Shown here: piece by piece, positions 58,792 to 64,000 of the stretch
How the letters are laid out: the number at the start of each line of letters is the position of its first letter
Position numbering within the stretch: position 1 is the first letter of the stretch
Assembly (NCBI GenBank): GCA_965218435.1
Contig: CBDCKW010000005.1
Location: 448,001 to 512,000 of the forward strand
DNA from: Truepera sp.
Lineage (GTDB): Bacteria; Deinococcota; Deinococci; Deinococcales; Trueperaceae
Direction: 5' to 3'
DNA length: 64,000 bases
Position numbers and translations under genes: made by a program
The notes under the pieces: generated by a model
What the model was told of the DNA's origin: nothing
Seen by the model: only the letters and a program-made list of their open reading frames with translations
Databases searched by the model: none

Positions 58792-58862
58792 TGTACTAAG
58801 TTCAGTCTAAACGTATTCTGAAATCCTGCTGTCGGTGAAGGATAACTACGCTAAAATAAGCA

Positions 58863-59209
58863 ATGTATAGCCCAGTCCAAGATGGAATAGAAAGAACGGC
58901 ACGATCAGTACGATATAGCGAGGCGAAGCCTCCGAGCAATTTGTCCGCATTGGTACATTGTTTTTGGGAACTTAGAACAGATTCCGCGCTACCAGAGGAT
59001 TTTCGTCTTCATGCTTTGCCCGATGCTTGCGTGAATATTTTATTCAACCAAGTAGACACGAAAATAGCCGGGATAACGGCGCTGCGCACCACGTTTGCAG
59101 TGCTTAATCTGGGTAGGGCGTTTCACTATGTCGGTGTTCAGCTTTTGCCCGGCGTGTGGCAAGGTAACCGGGGTGAGATTGTCGACAGCTTTGTGGGTAC
59201 ACCCTATCA
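58863..59209 (+). pseudogene. AraC-associated N-terminal domain (DUF6597-like), truncated by IS982
   Basis: Y.E..PP..L..LVHCFW, LPDACVNILF, GV.L.PG; frame runs into the IS end. Confidence 0.7.
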
Positions 59210-60086
59210 ACCTCGACTGCTAGGGGATAGAAAAAAGCGAAGATAGCAGGATGTCCAAATCACGCTATCTTCTAGAGAAGCATACGCTAAGCGAGCTGTT
59301 TACGGTTATCTATGTGCTGGTCGATAGATTACTTAAAAGCAGCAGAGGCTAACAGACGTTTTGAATTGCCGCGTTCAGAGCGGCAAAAAGGCAGCTATAG
59401 CGAGCTGATGACGATTGCGCTGGTGGGCGACCTACTGAATCAAGCCGATACAGGGTTATGGTTCAATCTGGTCAAACGCGAATACGAGGAGCTATTTCCA
59501 GCTTTGCCTGATGAAAGTCGTTACTACCGAGTCATGAATAACCTCGAGAGAATCTGGGCTGACTTTGCCTTGTCTCTTACTGCAGAGCATGAGGTGCTTG
59601 CTTACAGCGTTGATTCTAAGCCTCTGCCGGTGTGCAAGTTTAGACGCCACAAACGTCCTAGAGCCATGACTGAAGCTACCGTCGGCTTTTCTACCCAAGG
59701 CGCAGTTTACGGCTTTAAGCTTCATGCCCTGACTACTCCCAACGGACTGATTATCAAGTTTTCCATCGCCCCTGCCAATGAAGCTGATGTGACAGTGGCA
59801 CGGGCGTTACTGACTGACACACAACGAGCGTTGACCTTGGGTGACAAAGCCTATATCGGTTCTGGTATCTACACCCCACCTAAGTCTAGTGCGCTTAACC
59901 CCGGTATCTGGACACCGCTGATGAACACCACCCGAAAGCTGATCGAGTCGGTGTTCTCTTCCTTGACCCGGACCAAGTATCTCGTCTTCGGTCAGCGCAA
60001 CTCGTTTCGTTCTATCCGGGCTCATACCTGCCGTAAAATCGCAGCGCATAACTTCGCTTGCCTCTTTATCCCCTAGCAGTCGAGGT
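59210..60086 (+). mobile_element. IS982-family element with frameshifted transposase (ATG 59251)
   Basis: IRs ACCTCGACTGCTAGGGGAT / ATCCCCTAGCAGTCGAGGT; DSKP.PVC, YGFKLH, LGDKAY, R..IES.FS; extra base near 59326. Confidence 0.88.
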
Positions 60087-60095
60087 AGCAAACTT

Positions 60096-60470
60096 TTGGC
60101 CGGCCCCTTGTTACAGCCCCTTTTCGGCGAGGGCCACACCCTTCACGTCGATCATCTTACGGCGTTCAAGGTAGAGTCCTTCGGCAGTCCAGACCGGTTC
60201 ACCCGTGAGCTGGGCGGCTTTTCCGGACTTATCGACGCCCATGGCCACATCCATATCTCCGAGGTGCAGCGCCAGCGCTTTGTGGCGTTTTACCTTGAGG
60301 CCGCAGACGAGGCCGATCGACCAGCAAATTCTCCTGTTCGTGAGGCACTTCGTTCTCATGTCGAGTTCGGCTCGCAGGTCGCTCAGCAGAACTCACACGC
60401 CGAGACGGACGAAGACCTCCATCCTTTGCGCGCGGTTCCCAGGTGGCGCTGGTCAAGCGAGAAAGACTGA
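60096..60470 (+). pseudogene. group II truncated-haemoglobin-like gene, 5' end lost at IS982
   Basis: LL.PLFG.G...HV.HL..F..E.FG.P..F...GG......H, I.E.QR.RFV, VP.W.W. Confidence 0.75.
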
Positions 60471-60552
60471 AACATATAAGGCGATAGCGCAAAACAAGAT
60501 TAAGCAAAGAACAAACCGTTCAAGCCCGAAGGTCAACTAAAGAGGAGCTGAT

Positions 60553-60963
60553 ATGGCAACGGAACGAACGGCAGTCAACCCGGTGACGTGGTCAGTGGCG
60601 ATGGGCTTCAACCAGGGCGAACTCGTCTCCGGGCACACCCGGACCCTGTAGACCCTGTACATCTCCGGGCAGACCGCGATGAGCGGCGACGGCAAACCCC
60701 AACACGAGGACGACATGGCGGCACAGTTGGCGCTCAGCCTCGACAACCTTGGGGCCGTACTCGGCGAGGCCGGCATGTCCCTCGCAAACCTTGTCCGGCT
60801 GGGCGTCTATGCCACCGATGTCGATCTGCTTTTGCAGCACTACGGCGTGCTGGCGTCGCGGTTGGGTGCCGCCAGAGTGGCACCGACCACCACGATGCTC
60901 GGGGTGACACGGCTGGCGATTCCCGGCCAGATGGTCGAACTCGAGGGGACCGCCGTTGCTTGA
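60553..60963 (+). pseudogene. RidA/YjgF-family gene with stop created by a 9-bp duplication
   Basis: GFNQG...RTL*TLYISGQ...GV.RLA.PG..VELE; GACCCTGTA twice at 60642..60659. Confidence 0.85.
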
Positions 60964-61033
60964 TGCGACCTCGCCGCCCCCGCCATTCGTATCGGTGGAG
61001 CCGGCACGAGCAGCGGGCAGATGAGTGATTCCT

Positions 61034-61519
61034 ATGCTCCGAATAGTGACCATCGGCGTTTATGGCTTCGACGGCGAGTCCTTTCTACAATGCCTGCAGC
61101 ACGCCGATGTCCGTCTGCTGCTCGATGTGCGCCAGCGCCGCGGGGTCCGTGGCCCCCAGTACGCCTGGACGAACTCCCTCCGGCTGCAGGCGGCTCTAGC
61201 CTAGGCCGGAATCGCTTACGAGCACCACCTCGAGCTCGCCCCAACCACCGAGCTACGCCAGCTTCAGTACGCCGAGGATGCCCGCCAAGGCGTCGGCAAG
61301 CACTCGCGCCGCGAACTCGCTGCCGAGTACACTCGCCGCTACACCACCGAGGTCCTCGACCACGCCGATCTCGCGCCGATCGTGTCGGTATTGGCGAGCG
61401 CTGGGATCGCAGCGCTGCTCTGTGTCGAACGCGACCCTGAGGCCTGCCACCGCTCATTGATTGCCCGGCGGTTAGCCGAACAGTACGGCGTCACAACCGA
61501 AGACCTGCGCCCGCTGTGA
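61034..61519 (+). pseudogene. DUF488-family gene with internal stop
   Basis: IVTIG.YG, LLDVR, LLCVE.DP..CHRSLIA; TAG at 61202..61204. Confidence 0.85.
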
Positions 61520-61782
61520 TTACACATACCTATGACAACAACCTTTGAAACCTACTCAAGTCCACTTTCATCTTGCATAGCCTCCAGTGCACATTCATTT
61601 ACAATATGCTGTACTCATGTGACCTATGGCCATGTGTCGAGCAGTTAGAGCGCTGTCGCCTGGTGCGGTCGCGTCCATCTTTATGAGTGCTAGGGGCTGA
61701 GTAGTAGAGGTGAGCTAACATGCGTAACCAAGCTATCCCGGCGTAAATTTGTAGCTCAGGCAAACCGCCCTTTTGCCAGTTT

Positions 61783-62355
61783 TTACGTATCTTTCTTTTT
61801 GCGACGACCTTTTCTACACCCATGCCGCTGGCGAAACTTGTACTGGGGAAGCGGACTTGGGCGCTCGCGCTCGAAGTCGATCAGCAACTTTTTAAGAACC
61901 GTAGCTAACATCTCTTGCTCTTCTTGGGTAAGCGAACTGATCAGCCTGCGTTCGTTGTCCAGATGCGCCGCTAACAGTTCATCAACGAGCGCCTGACCAT
62001 CTGCGGTAAGCTCAACCAAAACCCCCCGGCGATCCTCGGGATCAGCGACACGGGTCACTAGACCTGCGTGTTCGAGATAATCGACGCGGCGCGTCATCGC
62101 GCCCGAGCTGCGCAGCACTGCGCGGTAGAGCTCGGTGGGTGAAAGCCTAAAAGGTGAACCCGCACGCCTAAGCGCGGCTAATACGTCCCAACTCGCCCGG
62201 CTCAAGCCATACTGTTTGAACAGCTCTTCCATGCCTATGTCCAGATAATGAGCAACGCGGCCCATGCGACCAACAATCTCAACAGGCCAGGTGTCGAGAT
62301 CAGCTTGCTCACGCGCCCACTGCTCTCTGATCTCGTCTATCCTGTCTTTTGGCAT
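61783..62355 (-). CDS. MarR-family regulator, UrtR/TamR-like
   Basis: DRID.I..QW..E..DLD, GL....WDVLAALRR.G.P..L.P.EL, DP.DRRG..V.LT. Confidence 0.88.
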   Translation of the reverse strand: MPKDRIDEIREQWAREQADLDTWPVEIVGRMGRVAHYLDIGMEELFKQYGLSRASWDVLAALRRAGSPFRLSPTELYRAVLRSSGAMTRRVDYLEHAGLVTRVADPEDRRGVLVELTADGQALVDELLAAHLDNERRLISSLTQEEQEMLATVLKKLLIDFERERPSPLPQYKFRQRHGCRKGRRKKKDT

Positions 62356-62428
62356 CGTAAGTACTATCTTATGCTACAATTTATCTTACTCTGCAGATAC
62401 TTATATGGCAGACACTTTGGAGGCAAGT

Positions 62429-62746
62429 ATGATTGTCGAGTACATCCGTTACCGAATTCTCAAGGAGAATCAGCAGTCTTTCGAGGATGCTTATGCGGAA
62501 GCTGCAACGTCTCTTCAGGCGTCGGAACACTGCTTGTTCTACGAACTTTCACACGGTGTCGAAGACCCTGAAAACTATATCCTCCGCATCGAGTGGGATT
62601 CGCAAGAAGGGCACGAACGCGGCTTTCGGAATAACCCTGAGTTCAAAACTTTCTTCCGTGCCGTCAAACCTTTTTTCGATAACATCGAAGAGATGCGTCA
62701 TTACGCGCCAACGGTCGTCCGCAACTCGGATGAGACTGCGCACTAA
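62429..62746 (+). CDS. antibiotic biosynthesis monooxygenase (ABM) domain protein
   Basis: MIVEYIRY, FE.AY, YILRIEWDS.EGH..GFR...EF..FF..V.PF...IEEMRHY; GGAGG RBS. Confidence 0.85.
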   Translation: MIVEYIRYRILKENQQSFEDAYAEAATSLQASEHCLFYELSHGVEDPENYILRIEWDSQEGHERGFRNNPEFKTFFRAVKPFFDNIEEMRHYAPTVVRNSDETAH

Positions 62747-62873
62747 CACTTACGCGCGGTCGAACACAGCTTCTCAGGAAAATTACCTAAATCGGTGAGG
62801 CGCTATACGGTAGACACGATTCCGGTAGATGGTGATGAACTTAGTGGAGCAGAGTAAGAGGGAGGAATGCGCT

Positions 62874-64000
62874 ATGAGCGCTACCGATAAAGCCGAACCT
62901 TCAATCCAAGTTACCCTTGATGGTCCTTACCGTATCGAAGGAAAGATCACGGTCACTAACGCCTCGGGGCAGGTTGTTTGTGAGGATGGAACAAGATACC
63001 TGTGTCGGTGCGGTGGTTCACGGCACAAGCCATTTTGCGACGGCACGCACGGGAAGAACGGCTTCGTCGGGACGGAGACGGCTGACCGTAATCGTATCGA
63101 GAACCGGCGTGAAACGCTGACAGGCCAAGGCGTAACGATCTTCGACGACCGCTCGCGCTGCGCCCATATCGGGCGGTGTACCGACGGTTTGCCCACCGTT
63201 TTTCGTTTAGGTCAAGAGCCTTGGATCGACGCCACGGCAGCCTCGGTTGAAGAGATCGCTGCGGTCGTGCGCCGCTGTCCTTCGGGGGCGCTGGCTTACG
63301 CGCTCGGTACCGCGCTCGAGCCTACCGAGGAAACGATCGACCCAGAGATCATCGCGCTGCCCGACGCATCGTTGCAAATACGTGGGGGGGTGCAGGTTTT
63401 TGCCGCAGATGGTGAACCCTACGAAATCCGCGCCCGTCAGACGCTGTGCCGTTGTGGACACTCGAACAACAAGCCGTTTTGTGACGGCACCCACTGGGCG
63501 GTTGGGTTTCACGACCCAGCTGAAGCGCGCGACTTTTCGGTTCCTACTGTGTTCGCTTGGGCGGGCGGAGCTGAAGCCTTTGAGCGGCTGGTGAGCGTCT
63601 TTTATCATCGTCTGCTTGAAGAGCGAGACGCACTGCTCTATCCGGTATTTCGCCATATGAGTTCTGAACACGTACCTCATGTCGCAGCCTGGCTGATCGA
63701 GACTTTCGGCGGTCCGAGACACTACACCGAAGCGCTAGGTGGTTATGAGCGTATGCTCGCCAAGCACCGAGACCTCCGGCTTACCGAAGCGCAGCGCAAA
63801 CGGTGGGTAGAGCGGATTAGCGAGGCGGTTGACGAAGCGGGTTTGCCCACTGATCCCGAATTTCGCTCAGCTTTTCTCGCCTATGTCGAGTGGGGTACCC
63901 GGATTGCAGTTGCCAATTCTCAAGCAGACGCAGCACCACCTGAACACGCGCCTGTACCTCGGTGGGGTTGGGGAGAAGCGCCACCTTACGTTCCTACCCA
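62874..64000 (+). CDS. CDGSH / divergent 4Fe-4S / CDGSH / group II globin fusion (runs off window end)
   Basis: Own translation, one frame: CRCGGSRHKPFCDGTH; CAHIGRC...CPSGAL; CRCGHSNNKPFCDGTH; PTVFAWAGG..AF..L...FY...ETFGGP...KH...VPRWGWG. Confidence 0.85.
   Translation, partial: MSATDKAEPSIQVTLDGPYRIEGKITVTNASGQVVCEDGTRYLCRCGGSRHKPFCDGTHGKNGFVGTETADRNRIENRRETLTGQGVTIFDDRSRCAHIGRCTDGLPTVFRLGQEPWIDATAASVEEIAAVVRRCPSGALAYALGTALEPTEETIDPEIIALPDASLQIRGGVQVFAADGEPYEIRARQTLCRCGHSNNKPFCDGTHWAVGFHDPAEARDFSVPTVFAWAGGAEAFERLVSVFYHRLLEERDALLYPVFRHMSSEHVPHVAAWLIETFGGPRHYTEALGGYERMLAKHRDLRLTEAQRKRWVERISEAVDEAGLPTDPEFRSAFLAYVEWGTRIAVANSQADAAPPEHAPVPRWGWGEAPPYVPT

Noticed and set aside
63207..63722. 171-aa minus-strand ORF
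   Set aside because: Antisense to the CDGSH-globin fusion.

Overview
Accessory, IS-riddled region (no rRNA, tRNA or CRISPR seen), probably a genomic island or plasmid of a Deinococcota, most likely Truepera-like, bacterium (inferred from the Deinococcus-type HU and peptide deformylase and a large CTCGAG excess). (1) From ~2.1 to 16.5 kb, gene blocks are separated by a recurring ~27-bp quasi-palindromic junction (consensus TGAAACACTCT-AGCGA-AGAGTGTTTCA). Two intact IS1182-family elements and two IS1182-type MITEs sit exactly at these junctions, so the region looks like an end-to-end gene-cassette array. Its cargo includes def, a TrxB-like oxidoreductase, RibD_C/DHFR-like proteins, SRPBCC/ArsR, MarR and an APH-like kinase. 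The largest block is a five-gene operon (nucleotidyltransferase, XRE-HTH, ImmA/IrrE peptidase, BpsA/DUF43-like SAM enzyme, EVE domain), a candidate uncharacterised defence/modification system. (2) From 21 to 34 kb is a defence-like island with two VapBC-type TA pairs and two tandem giant STAND/NACHT NTPase-nuclease genes. (3) From 37 to 64 kb is a mosaic of IS200/605, IS6, ISL3, IS256, IS630, IS701, IS3 and IS982 pieces, pseudogenes and metabolic genes, ending in a CDGSH/Fe-S-globin fusion gene. All family assignments come from motif recognition by eye, not from database searches.
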